Source of the DNA: a virus
DNA: 64,000 nucleotides
Virus record (IMG/VR): IMGVR_UViG_3300012943_000031
Coordinates: 42,837-106,836 of that record
Reading direction: 5' to 3' (one strand)
Each line of letters opens with the position of its first letter. The stretch's first letter is position 1. Below, one piece after another: positions 14,589 through 25,053 of this stretch. Made by a program: the position numbers and the translations under genes. The notes under the pieces were generated by a model, which searched no databases, was not told the DNA's origin, and was given only the letters and a program-made list of their open reading frames with translations.

Positions 14589-14905
14589 TGTTAATTAAAT
14601 TAAAGGCAAAAGTTCTCCTTACATCTGAGGAACAGATGGAAGCAGAAGAGAAATATGATTTAGGAGATATTGCCAAATCAAAAGAATGGGTCTGGAGACA
14701 GATAGCCATTCCTGTTGAAGAGGTTTACAAAGTAATAGAATACAATAAATCAAAAACTATCGTCCAAACATACGACGATGAAAAGATATTAATCAATGAA
14801 CCATTTGATGATCTATTTGGAAGATGGGAAGAATTGAAAATACAATTGGGGGAGTTACCTCCCCATACCTCTGATACAGAAGAGGAAGAAGAAAATGAAG
14901 AATAA
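14588..14905 (+). CDS. Acidic hypothetical protein
   Basis: TAATG coupling on both sides. Confidence 0.6.
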   Translation: MLIKLKAKVLLTSEEQMEAEEKYDLGDIAKSKEWVWRQIAIPVEEVYKVIEYNKSKTIVQTYDDEKILINEPFDDLFGRWEELKIQLGELPPHTSDTEEEEENEE

Positions 14906-17900
14906 TGGCTGAAAATCTACAGAATACAACTCAGGTAACAACTAATGTTACATCAAAGGCTGGACTTGTAAGTGATATGAACTCCTCATACTTAAATGAG
15001 GAAAGTTATAGTCATGCACGTAATGCTGTACGTAATAGTAAGGATGGAGACTTGGGGACTATTGGTAATGAACCTTCAAATGAATTATGCTTCACAGCAC
15101 CATATAAAATCATAGGTCACGTTGATTTGCCTGATGATAAGCTACTTATATTCTCAACTGATAATATAAATAGTGAGATAGGTATAGGTGATCCTATAGC
15201 TTGTTCATATGAGAAACTTCTTAACTCAAGATGTCTTAATTTCTCAGATAAATATCCTATAACAGGTGTTGCTAAGAAGGATTTTCAGAAAGGTGTGATA
15301 GCCACATTTACAGATAAATTCAATCCTGTAAGAAGGATTCAATTAAAGAATGCAACATCTATCACTACATGTGATGATTTACTGCTGTTTAAGAAGATTG
15401 ATACACCATGTCTTGAGTTACAAAAAACTCAGGTAGGTAATGTACCTAATGGTATGTACTCTGTAGCTATTGCTTATGTAGTTGATGGTCAGGTATTTAG
15501 TGACTGGTATGGATTATCCCAACGTATCCCTCTCTACAGTGAGAGTGGTAATAATTCCTTTGATGTAAAAATCAGTGGGTTAGATCAAGAATTTGACCAG
15601 TTTGCTTTAGTAGTTGTTGGTAACTTTATTGACCCTGAAACTAAGGGTGTGTCCAAATTAGCCAAACAAATAGGTATCTTCTCTACCAAGGTAAGAAGTG
15701 TCTCTGTAACAGATTTCATTAATAGCAACTATACTGAAATATTACTGTCCAACTTAGTAATCCAAAAGAAGACTTGGTTAAAGGCTGGTATCATATCATC
15801 CAATGCAAACTATCTTCTGTTAGGTGATCTTGTATCACGTCCTGAAGAAAATTACCAGCTTAAGGCTATGTCTATAAAAGCTGAGTATGTTGTAGAACAG
15901 GTTCCTGTAGATTACTATGAACAGGAAGGATTAGATGTAGGATATTATAGGGATGAAAACTACGACTTTTACATACAAGGTGTATATAATACTGGTGAAT
16001 TAACTGAGAAATATCACATACCCGGAAGAGTAGCAGAATCTAATGATTTATCAATTGTTAGTAGTGGAGATGTTTATGAGTATGATAAACAGTTTAATGA
16101 CTGTGATCCTACCGAGAAAATATCACGTTGGAAAGTAGAGAATACAGCAGGTAGAATGATACCTACTGGTGATGAATTCAAATGTAATAGAAGAATATTA
16201 GGTACAGGTGAGTTAGGATACCACCAATCAACAGATACCTACCCAGACAACACTGATATGTTTGGTGAGTGGGCAAATACACCCATTCGTTATCATAAAT
16301 TCCCTGATGAGTGTAAAGTTCCACGTTATCAGAAGATAGATGGAGTAACTTACATTAACATATTAGGTATTCGTTTCTCTGAAATTCCAAAGTTTGATAA
16401 TCCAGATATTATTGGATACAAAATTACTCGTTCTGACAGAAAGGGTGGGAATGGTACAGTTGTAGCAAGAGGTCTTATGTCTAACATACGTTCATACGTA
16501 GATGTTACAACAAGAGATACTATCATGTATAACAACTACACAGTTAATGACTTATCTGCTGACCAGTATTTATCATCTACTCAAACAGTATATAAAAGTG
16601 GTAGAGAAACAAACTTTACACCTCTGGTAGATTATTATCAGGATAGATTTGCTTTCTATTCACCTCATACATCATTTGAACCACGTTACTCACTTGGTAC
16701 AGAGATTAAGATTGAGAGTGAGGAAATTGCTACTGTAACAGGTCAGTTTGAGAAAGTATTCAATCACCCACGTCAGAAGTTGATGAACCAATTCTCATTC
16801 TGGTTAGCTGCTGCTGTAGGTTTCATTGAAGCTGCATTAGTAATAATAGGTAAGAGAACTGAAGGTTCTAATAAACAAGCTAAGATTTCTGCTGAAGGTG
16901 TATCATCAGGTACATCTGATACATGGGAATTTGATAGAACATATCCTTTCCAGTCAGTAGAAGATTTGATAGGTCTGGACATTGTTGGATATGTGACTGA
17001 TAGAATATTAGCCAGAAAATTTGATGTATCAACAATTACCTCAATTTTGACAGTAATTGCATCATTAGGTATCAAGATACCTTACTCTATCTTCTCAGGT
17101 ATTAAAGCTGCTGATGATATGTTCCAAATAATCTATGACTTTACTGGGTATACAGACTATGTATATCAGTACAATGCCATAGCTGAGTTTGACAGATCAA
17201 TATGTACTCCTACAGGTCAGAAAAGAAGAAGGTTAACATTCCCGGCAACATATATTCCAGCAACTGTAGTTACTGTAAATAACACGATATTAAATAATTT
17301 AAATAGAGAACGTTTTGTTTACCTACAATTAAACAAACCTCTCAATGATCCTTCTGTGAAGGATACCACACGTCAGACAGCTAGTGGATTTGGTGTATGT
17401 GATAACTTGGATAAGAAGACGTCTTCAACAGCATCCATGTTTTATGCCACATCAAAAGTGCCTAATCCTAATCAGTATGGTCAGTTAGGTTCATCTTCAG
17501 CAGTATCAATGCACTCATGTATATTCAAATTTGAAGATGAATTGACAACCACTCCAGTTCTGTATGGTGGAGATTGTATTATTACACGTTTCCAGTTCCT
17601 TAAGAAAATGCAGTTCTTCTCACAGAACATTGCCGGAACTGATCCTGTAACTAATGCACGTTACCCAGATGGTGTAGAATATGATTACAGAAAGTATAGA
17701 AATATAGCTTTCCCTCGTTTTTGGATGGATTCAACTAAGTATGATTTCTCTGAGTTAATCTCAGGTACACGTATTAACTATGCACGTTTCTCACGTACAA
17801 CCTCGTCTAAGCATAACTTAGACTGTAAGGAAGGTGATAAGAGAAATATTGCACGTATTGATGATGCTTACATGTATCTATTCAATAATGCTGCAATAGA

Positions 17901-19509
17901 CTTCATAGTAGAATGTGATTACCATGCTGAGTTTAGAGAGAAGACAGAAATGCCATTCTACTCTAAAAACAATAAGGATATATCTCAAATATTCCGTGCA
18001 GACAGAATGAATAGAGAAGAAGAATTTGTTGTGTCACGTGCATACAATGATCTGTATCCAACAGAGGTATATGCTCCACAACAGAGATATAACTTTGATC
18101 CTAATGATCCAGTTCCAGCAGAACAGCCAAACAGTGTAATTTACTCACTACCTTCATTCAATCTACAGGAAGTAGATAACTGGCAGTATTTCCTACCAGC
18201 AAACTACTTTGCTTTTAGAGAGAGTGATTTTGGTTCCCTTACAGGAATGCATAAGTTAGATCAGGATAGAATTATATTCCTGTTCTCTAAATCATCTCCA
18301 TTCGTATCTATGGGTAGAGATTTCTTAGAATTAGAACAGTCAGGTAGAAAAGTAACAATCGGAGATGGCGGTTTGTTCGCACAAGACCCACGTGAAGTTA
18401 TGCCTACAGATAATAACTATGGTGCATGTACATCACGTTATGCTTTTGCTAACACACATCTAGGTAGATACTATCCATCTGCTGTACAAGGTAGAATCAT
18501 GAATTTCACAGAATCATTAGATGATGTGGCAAGACAAGGTGTATCTTACTGGTGCAAAAACTATATGCCAATATCATTATATGATTACTTCCCAACATAT
18601 GAAAAACAGGAGAATCCTGTAAATGGTGTTGGATACCTAATGGCATTTGATTCATTCTATGAAACAGTGTACATAACTAAGAGGGATTTTGTCCCTGTTC
18701 CAGAGTTGGTAGATGATATTGAGTACAGAGATGGTAAATTCTTCTACAGAAATAATGAAGTTTCACTACACAATTCAACATACTTCAAGGATATATCATG
18801 GACTTTATCTTATTCTCCACTAGAGAAAGGATTCGTAAGTTATCATGATTGGCATCCAGACTGGGTAATCCAGCAGGATAATCACTTTATGACAGTTAAG
18901 GATAATGGGGTATGGAAACATAATGAAAGATATGATAGCTACTGTAATTTCTATACTGTAGATTGGCCGTTTGAAATAGAGTTTGTTAGTAACTCAGGTC
19001 AACAGGTACACACAGTTCGTTCTATGGAATACCTGTTAGAAGTATATAAATACAAGAATTTCGGTAGAGATCGTTTCCATGTACATCATCAAAACTTTGA
19101 TGCTCTGATAGTTAGAAACACAGAACAAATATCCCCACTTCTGAAGTTGAATTATTCTTCTTCAGACCCAGAAAGAGATTTAGCATATCCATCAAAGGAC
19201 ACTGTTAATCCCGTAGCATGGAATGTACTATTCTCTAAAGAGGAGAACAAATACAGAGTAAATATGTTCTGGGATGCAACAAAGGACAGAGGTGAATTTA
19301 CCAATAGTGATTTCCACCTATTCCCAACAGATGAAAGTGGTTACAAAAATGTAATTAATCCTCTTGGTATGGATGTAGATAAACCAGAGGAGCAAAGAAA
19401 GAAATTCAGACATTACTGGAATAAGTTCCGTCTGATTAAGACAGTCTCAGGTGAAAACAAATTCATCTGCAAGATATATAATATAAAAAAACAAATATCT
19501 ATTAGATAA
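14905..19509 (+). CDS. Tail stabilisation/muzzle protein (P22 gp10-like)
   Basis: 1534 aa; N-terminal GLVSDMN...HARNA...GNEPSN and C-terminal WTLSYS...VSYHDWHP motifs of crAss-like Tstab. Confidence 0.75.
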   Translation: MAENLQNTTQVTTNVTSKAGLVSDMNSSYLNEESYSHARNAVRNSKDGDLGTIGNEPSNELCFTAPYKIIGHVDLPDDKLLIFSTDNINSEIGIGDPIACSYEKLLNSRCLNFSDKYPITGVAKKDFQKGVIATFTDKFNPVRRIQLKNATSITTCDDLLLFKKIDTPCLELQKTQVGNVPNGMYSVAIAYVVDGQVFSDWYGLSQRIPLYSESGNNSFDVKISGLDQEFDQFALVVVGNFIDPETKGVSKLAKQIGIFSTKVRSVSVTDFINSNYTEILLSNLVIQKKTWLKAGIISSNANYLLLGDLVSRPEENYQLKAMSIKAEYVVEQVPVDYYEQEGLDVGYYRDENYDFYIQGVYNTGELTEKYHIPGRVAESNDLSIVSSGDVYEYDKQFNDCDPTEKISRWKVENTAGRMIPTGDEFKCNRRILGTGELGYHQSTDTYPDNTDMFGEWANTPIRYHKFPDECKVPRYQKIDGVTYINILGIRFSEIPKFDNPDIIGYKITRSDRKGGNGTVVARGLMSNIRSYVDVTTRDTIMYNNYTVNDLSADQYLSSTQTVYKSGRETNFTPLVDYYQDRFAFYSPHTSFEPRYSLGTEIKIESEEIATVTGQFEKVFNHPRQKLMNQFSFWLAAAVGFIEAALVIIGKRTEGSNKQAKISAEGVSSGTSDTWEFDRTYPFQSVEDLIGLDIVGYVTDRILARKFDVSTITSILTVIASLGIKIPYSIFSGIKAADDMFQIIYDFTGYTDYVYQYNAIAEFDRSICTPTGQKRRRLTFPATYIPATVVTVNNTILNNLNRERFVYLQLNKPLNDPSVKDTTRQTASGFGVCDNLDKKTSSTASMFYATSKVPNPNQYGQLGSSSAVSMHSCIFKFEDELTTTPVLYGGDCIITRFQFLKKMQFFSQNIAGTDPVTNARYPDGVEYDYRKYRNIAFPRFWMDSTKYDFSELISGTRINYARFSRTTSSKHNLDCKEGDKRNIARIDDAYMYLFNNAAIDFIVECDYHAEFREKTEMPFYSKNNKDISQIFRADRMNREEEFVVSRAYNDLYPTEVYAPQQRYNFDPNDPVPAEQPNSVIYSLPSFNLQEVDNWQYFLPANYFAFRESDFGSLTGMHKLDQDRIIFLFSKSSPFVSMGRDFLELEQSGRKVTIGDGGLFAQDPREVMPTDNNYGACTSRYAFANTHLGRYYPSAVQGRIMNFTESLDDVARQGVSYWCKNYMPISLYDYFPTYEKQENPVNGVGYLMAFDSFYETVYITKRDFVPVPELVDDIEYRDGKFFYRNNEVSLHNSTYFKDISWTLSYSPLEKGFVSYHDWHPDWVIQQDNHFMTVKDNGVWKHNERYDSYCNFYTVDWPFEIEFVSNSGQQVHTVRSMEYLLEVYKYKNFGRDRFHVHHQNFDALIVRNTEQISPLLKLNYSSSDPERDLAYPSKDTVNPVAWNVLFSKEENKYRVNMFWDATKDRGEFTNSDFHLFPTDESGYKNVINPLGMDVDKPEEQRKKFRHYWNKFRLIKTVSGENKFICKIYNIKKQISIR

Positions 19510-20960
19510 TGAAACACCCAAAGAATTGTAAGAAATGTGGTGGAAAAATGCAAGCAGGTGGATTGCAACCCTATGTACAGTCCAATACTGTAGCAGGTTC
19601 CATAACACCTACAGGTCAGTCATCATTGATAAATAATTCAAATATGACACCTGAGCAAATTGCTGCATTAGCACAACAGTATGGTTTCCGTACTGACAGT
19701 AATAAGAATTTACAGGAAGACTTATTTGGTTATGCCCAGAAAAATCAACCACAAGCATACAATGCTGTAATGGGAAAGTATGGTCAAACTAACTCAGGTT
19801 CATTTGTAGATGGAATGCTTGGTGCACGTACAACAGATTTACTTCAGTCTCTACAGAGACCACAACCCCCTGCACCTCAACCAGCAAGAGCTTCTCTTAC
19901 TGAACACTTCTTTGGCCCTGACCAACATGCTTTGGGTATGGCATCACAGAGGTATAGAGATTCTCAATCTGTAGAAGATGCAGGTGTTGTTAATACAGCA
20001 GCACCTCAGGAATGGGTTGATTTCCAATACTATAAACCAAATAGTACAGATATTGATGAATCAAGAGGTCGTTATAAAATACCTAACTCTGTTTGGACAA
20101 ACCAAATATCAAGAGGTACAAATCGTATCACTGATCCTACATTATTAGATCAATACAGAATGGACTCTCCTTCAATAGCTTCTAAAATGAGAGGTGGTAT
20201 ACTACAATCTGGTGGTAGGATTGATTTGAGTAGTTATAATCAACTAATCAGACCTGAGGATATAATTTACCCAGAAATGGATACATCAGATTTAGGAATG
20301 TCACCACGTGTTCCAAGATTTATTGAAGGTGTAGAAAAGGGTATTGTTGATTTACCAAAAGGTTATACTTCTGCACAGGAGTACTATAACTTTGTCAATT
20401 CACCTGCTGAGAGAAAAAGAAATCCAGCTACTCCAAAAAACTGGAGACAGAATCTAGGATTAGGTATAATGGGATTAACAGCTTTGGGTTCAGAGATTTC
20501 AGGTAGAGTTGCTAGAGCACGTCAAAATCAATATGATTATGACCAGCAAACAGCTTTAGGTATGATGAATCCTATGCCAACTACAGACTACCAACCAAAT
20601 CCTTACTCACTTTACTCAAAGTATGGTGGTAAACTTAAGATGAAAAAATATGGTGGTTTACAACACGTAGATTACTTTGGGCCTCCATTCTCTAATGGAG
20701 CAACATATAAATTTTCTGATGCAGAGAAGTATGATAAAACAGTGGTTTCCAGAAAGTTAGTACCACAATTATTCCTAAGTAAATTTGTAAAGAAGAAAGA
20801 AGGTGGTATTCACATTAAACCTGAGAACAAAGGTAAATTTACAGACTACTGTGGTGGAAAAGTAACAGATGAATGTATTCAGAAAGGACTTAATTCTCCT
20901 TCAGCAACTATAAGAAAAAGAGCACAGTTTGCAAAAAACAGTAGGTCATGGAACAAGTAA
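19509..20960 (+). CDS. Virion cargo protein
   Basis: Recurrent xxGG motifs; C-terminal GGIHIKPENKGKFT...CGGKVTDECI domain seen in crAss-like phages. Confidence 0.6.
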   Translation: MKHPKNCKKCGGKMQAGGLQPYVQSNTVAGSITPTGQSSLINNSNMTPEQIAALAQQYGFRTDSNKNLQEDLFGYAQKNQPQAYNAVMGKYGQTNSGSFVDGMLGARTTDLLQSLQRPQPPAPQPARASLTEHFFGPDQHALGMASQRYRDSQSVEDAGVVNTAAPQEWVDFQYYKPNSTDIDESRGRYKIPNSVWTNQISRGTNRITDPTLLDQYRMDSPSIASKMRGGILQSGGRIDLSSYNQLIRPEDIIYPEMDTSDLGMSPRVPRFIEGVEKGIVDLPKGYTSAQEYYNFVNSPAERKRNPATPKNWRQNLGLGIMGLTALGSEISGRVARARQNQYDYDQQTALGMMNPMPTTDYQPNPYSLYSKYGGKLKMKKYGGLQHVDYFGPPFSNGATYKFSDAEKYDKTVVSRKLVPQLFLSKFVKKKEGGIHIKPENKGKFTDYCGGKVTDECIQKGLNSPSATIRKRAQFAKNSRSWNK

Positions 20961-21499
20961 AAAAGAAAGGACATAGAACTAAATTCATTCAATTCAATTC
21001 TGATGGAGAATTATTGTGCTATATTTGTAAGAATTATAAAGATACACCTTTGTTTGATGATAATCTTACAAATACACACAGAGATTGTAAAGATAGAAGA
21101 TGTAAATCATGTAAACATGATGCTTATGAAAGAAGAAGAGCATCTACTAGAGGTCAAAAAGACCTAAGAAGAATACTTGTAGAAAGGATTGCTGCTGCAA
21201 AGGATAGAGTAAAGAAATCTGGTTTTGAGATGAAAATAACATTGGAAGACCTTCAAGATTTATGGGATTTACAAGATGGTAAATGTGCAATATCAGGTAT
21301 ACAAATGACTTACATATTTAACAATGGTAGAACACCAACTAATGTAAGTCTTGATAGAATTAACCCTTTGGAAGGATATACTAAGGAAAACATACAGCTT
21401 GTATGTATGGCAACTAACCAGATGAAATCTGATTTATCTATGGATGAACTTCTATATTTTTGTGAACAGATTTCAAAGAATGCAAGAAAATGGCACTAA
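20948..21499 (+). mobile_element. Free-standing HNH homing endonuclease
   Basis: CYICK/CKSC Zn finger, QDGKCAISG, SLDRINPLEGYTKENIQLVC..N motif. Confidence 0.85.
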
Positions 21500-22956
21500 A
21501 GAAAAGATATAAAGGTAAGTATCAAAGAGGAGGAACAACACCTGATCCAAGGAATGTTGCTGACTTCTATTTGGGTAAACCAGAAGTATCCTATAAACCA
21601 ACAAGATTTGATAGTAACTATAAACAGGGTACTTCCGAGACTGGTAATAATATGGTCAGAAATGTTCTGACATATTTCACAGGTGCAGGTTTCAATAAGA
21701 ATGAAAGACCTGAATCTCAATATAGACCATCAAAAGAAACTGATCCTTCAGCAAAATATTACACTTATCCATATCTGAAGAATGATGTGATGCAGGATTT
21801 AACAGACGGGAGTTATTCTGAGAAAATCAACTGGCAACAGCAAAACTTTAAGAAGGAAAATCCAGCCTACATACCTCTTGAGATAAAGGATAAAACATTT
21901 GATGAGTACTATAATTACCTATCAAATTCACCAAAGAAAATGGCTCCTCATAGTGGCAGTTCAATTAATTTAGGACATTACCAACTAGCTCCCGGTAAAG
22001 ATGAAACAGGGAGATACCTGTCTGTTTATGATAAATATGACTGGAATCTACTAGAGCAGATGGGAATAGAGGGAAATAGTTGGGAAATATATGATAGGAT
22101 ATATGAAGATGAGTGGAATAAAATTAAACCTAAGAAACAAATGGGTGGGGATATGAAATCGATACTGGGGTATTCTAAGAACTCACCTTACCAGAACGAT
22201 CCCTTTATTGATATTTTCACACCCAGAGGTCTTATTGATATGTCAAATACTCCAAAGGATTTGATTGGGATAGACAACAAAGGTAATAAGAAGAAGATGA
22301 AGGCATTCTCCAAAAACCCTTACAAGTTTGAAGGAGATATTGTGAGAGAAATGCCAGCAAGAAATCCATATCAAATGGGAGGTATTAGTAACGATCAACT
22401 ATACTCATACCTATTTGATGATGATGAAGAGGAAGAAATTATACAACCAGAAGAACCTATGGAAATAGAGGATGAAGATAAAGCTCCATCACTACTTAAG
22501 AATGAAAGACTTCTACAACAGAGAGTTGAGTCAGACTTAGCTATGGAACAGGCAGAATTGTCATTTGAAAATCCATATCGTCGTAAACCAGATATGTTTG
22601 GAAATGCTCTGTTTGATGAAGAAGAGGAAGATTTACCAACCTCATACACAGGACAAATCTCATCTGGTAAATGGGGAAATCAGAATATAGGTCAGTATGG
22701 TCAGAAAATAATCGGGGAAGTAACAAACGCACTAGGATATACTCCTCAATTCAATTCCATATTTAGAGACGCTAAACAGCAACAACAACTTGTTAAACAA
22801 GGGATTGGAGCAAAAAATTCATATCATTTAACAGGAGATGCTGTAGATATGAAACCAGCAGACTGGAATAATTTACCACAAGAAAAAAAGATGTACTTTC
22901 GTGCTAATTACGATGTAGTCTACCATAACAACCACTATCACATAGAACCAAAATAA
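21490..22956 (+). CDS. Virion cargo protein with C-terminal M15-type Zn peptidase (peptidoglycan hydrolase)
   Basis: SIFR...SYHLTGDAVD...HYHIE motif; QMGG repeats. Confidence 0.7.
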   Translation: MALKKRYKGKYQRGGTTPDPRNVADFYLGKPEVSYKPTRFDSNYKQGTSETGNNMVRNVLTYFTGAGFNKNERPESQYRPSKETDPSAKYYTYPYLKNDVMQDLTDGSYSEKINWQQQNFKKENPAYIPLEIKDKTFDEYYNYLSNSPKKMAPHSGSSINLGHYQLAPGKDETGRYLSVYDKYDWNLLEQMGIEGNSWEIYDRIYEDEWNKIKPKKQMGGDMKSILGYSKNSPYQNDPFIDIFTPRGLIDMSNTPKDLIGIDNKGNKKKMKAFSKNPYKFEGDIVREMPARNPYQMGGISNDQLYSYLFDDDEEEEIIQPEEPMEIEDEDKAPSLLKNERLLQQRVESDLAMEQAELSFENPYRRKPDMFGNALFDEEEEDLPTSYTGQISSGKWGNQNIGQYGQKIIGEVTNALGYTPQFNSIFRDAKQQQQLVKQGIGAKNSYHLTGDAVDMKPADWNNLPQEKKMYFRANYDVVYHNNHYHIEPK

Positions 22957-22961
22957 ATAAT

Positions 22962-25001
22962 ATGCCAAGTAAAATAAATGATGCAACATATAAGCAGACC
23001 TACTTCTTCACAGATGATTTCAGTGATACTGCTAAAGACAATCCTTCACTAAATGGGCAACCTGATATTAACACAACAATTAAGGAAAACCCATATCGTT
23101 CAAACGTGGAGATTGAGGGAGGAGAATTAGTTCTCCAGCCTGATCTATCAGCTTTATTCAAAGCTAATGGTGACAAACACTCTAAGGGTGGTATGAATGT
23201 ACTACTTAAGCCAGATTCTTTTGTCTTCTCTGATTTCAAGGATTTATCCATATCAGATAATGAGAAGGAATTTTTCCAGCTTAAATTAGGTGGATCATCA
23301 TCTCCAACAAAGAATACTCCTGCTGAAGTTGTTAAGAAAAATGTCGATGTAAAACATTATAACACATTGATTAACAACATACAAGACCCATATAAAGACG
23401 AGTTGGCAAGAAAATCTTCTGCTATGATGTTGGAGAAATATATTGGTACTTTGGGTAATATTGCTTATCTACAGGAAGCTAAGAAAGGTTTCCCAGATGG
23501 ATTACCTTCATTCTCAGTAGGTGCAGCACCGGTATTTGAAGAAGGTACAAGAGATGCTGTAGATGAAAGTAAACAGTTTGCTAAATATGGTGGTACTATT
23601 GGTAACCCTTACATGCAGGTGGGTGGTAATCCATTCCTACCATTCAATCAACAGTTCCCACCTGCATCACCACGTACTACAAGAAAAGGTAGAAATTATA
23701 AACCTCCTGTAGATGTAGCTAATGTTGTTACACCTCCAGCAGTAAATAAATCTACTACAGCAGGAATCAATCCAATACCTTGGGGCTTATGGCAAGGTGA
23801 TAAATTACCTATATTCCAAAATAGATTTGGTGTAACTAATGCTGCCGATAAGTTTGATGATTTAAAGAATTGGGATGCAGTTGCACAAGGATTAGGATAT
23901 ACTGGCCCTAAAGATAACAAGAAGTTCCAAGAGTGGTTGTATAGTTCATCACCTCAGAATAAAGCTATCATTGATAAATGGCATACACAATATGAAGACC
24001 CTTCTATTGCAAATCCTTCTGATAAAAGAAACAGATTTGACCAGAAGATTGGTATTCGTTGGGCTAATGCCATCAGAGAGATTATGAATCCTCCAAAAAC
24101 TCAAACTCATCCACCAAGAGAACGTGATACTGAGCCCCCTATGCATAGTATTCCTCCTCCACCTCAGAATATCCCCGGCCCAAATCCCGGTGAAGTTAGT
24201 GGTGATCCTCAGGGTTGGAAGAGAGCAGACTGGGAATTCACACCTTGGCAGAAGTTGTCTCAGCTTTATAACTGGGGTCAATATGCTAATGTTAGGAGAT
24301 ATATGCCATATCGTTCACGTTACAATGCAACATATGCTGATCCTACATTACTGAACCCAGAACAAACAGTGGGAGATGTGAAAGGTCAGGTTTCTCAACA
24401 GTTAGGTGCTTTAGGAACACTTAATCCTATTATGAGAAATGCACAAGCAGCAGCTTCTTATGGAGCAGCTTTAAATGCAATTCCTAATATTCGTACTCAG
24501 TATGACAACCAGAATGCTCAAATCCAGAACCAGTTCCGTCAATATAACAATCAGGTTCGTAATAATGAGAGTATGGTTAATATGAGTAATGACCAACAAT
24601 ACTACCAACAGGCTGTAGAAGGACGTAAAAACTTTGATAACTTACGTCAGTTTGCTGCTAATAATGCTATGAATAACGTCCTGAGAGATGTGGAAACTAA
24701 CCAGAAACTGGCTTATAACCTACTTTCCCAGAACAATCCTGCTTACAGTTATGACTGGAGAACAGGTGACTTCATGCGTAACAAAATGGACATCAGAGAT
24801 GTTTCAGCAGACAATACTGTAGAAGCTTACCAAGATTTATTTGACGCTATTGGACAGGTGACTGATCCTTACCAGAAAGCTCAATTACTGGAAAAAGCCT
24901 ACAGACAGAAGAATATTATGCCTTATTTGAAGAACAATAATTCCGGATTCAGTCCTTATGGACAGAAGAAGGGTGGTAAAGTTAAGAATCCATTCAGATA
25001 A
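22962..25001 (+). CDS. Virion cargo (ejection) protein
   Basis: NVEIEGGE...GDKHSKGG motif typical of crAss-like cargo proteins; Q/N-rich helical C-terminus. Confidence 0.65.
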   Translation: MPSKINDATYKQTYFFTDDFSDTAKDNPSLNGQPDINTTIKENPYRSNVEIEGGELVLQPDLSALFKANGDKHSKGGMNVLLKPDSFVFSDFKDLSISDNEKEFFQLKLGGSSSPTKNTPAEVVKKNVDVKHYNTLINNIQDPYKDELARKSSAMMLEKYIGTLGNIAYLQEAKKGFPDGLPSFSVGAAPVFEEGTRDAVDESKQFAKYGGTIGNPYMQVGGNPFLPFNQQFPPASPRTTRKGRNYKPPVDVANVVTPPAVNKSTTAGINPIPWGLWQGDKLPIFQNRFGVTNAADKFDDLKNWDAVAQGLGYTGPKDNKKFQEWLYSSSPQNKAIIDKWHTQYEDPSIANPSDKRNRFDQKIGIRWANAIREIMNPPKTQTHPPRERDTEPPMHSIPPPPQNIPGPNPGEVSGDPQGWKRADWEFTPWQKLSQLYNWGQYANVRRYMPYRSRYNATYADPTLLNPEQTVGDVKGQVSQQLGALGTLNPIMRNAQAAASYGAALNAIPNIRTQYDNQNAQIQNQFRQYNNQVRNNESMVNMSNDQQYYQQAVEGRKNFDNLRQFAANNAMNNVLRDVETNQKLAYNLLSQNNPAYSYDWRTGDFMRNKMDIRDVSADNTVEAYQDLFDAIGQVTDPYQKAQLLEKAYRQKNIMPYLKNNNSGFSPYGQKKGGKVKNPFR

Positions 25002-25018
25002 TAATCTGAGAGATTAAC

Positions 25019-25049
25019 TTTGATAAAACATTAAAAATCAATATTTTTG
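25019..25049 (+). promoter_or_regulatory. Bacteroidota promoter, probably leaderless
   Basis: TTTG-N19-TATTTTTG-CACA-ATG. Confidence 0.7.
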
Positions 25050-25053
25050 CACA

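Noticed and set aside
20948-21499. Group I intron around the HNH gene
   Set aside because: No non-coding flanks for a ribozyme core; the ORF overlaps both neighbours
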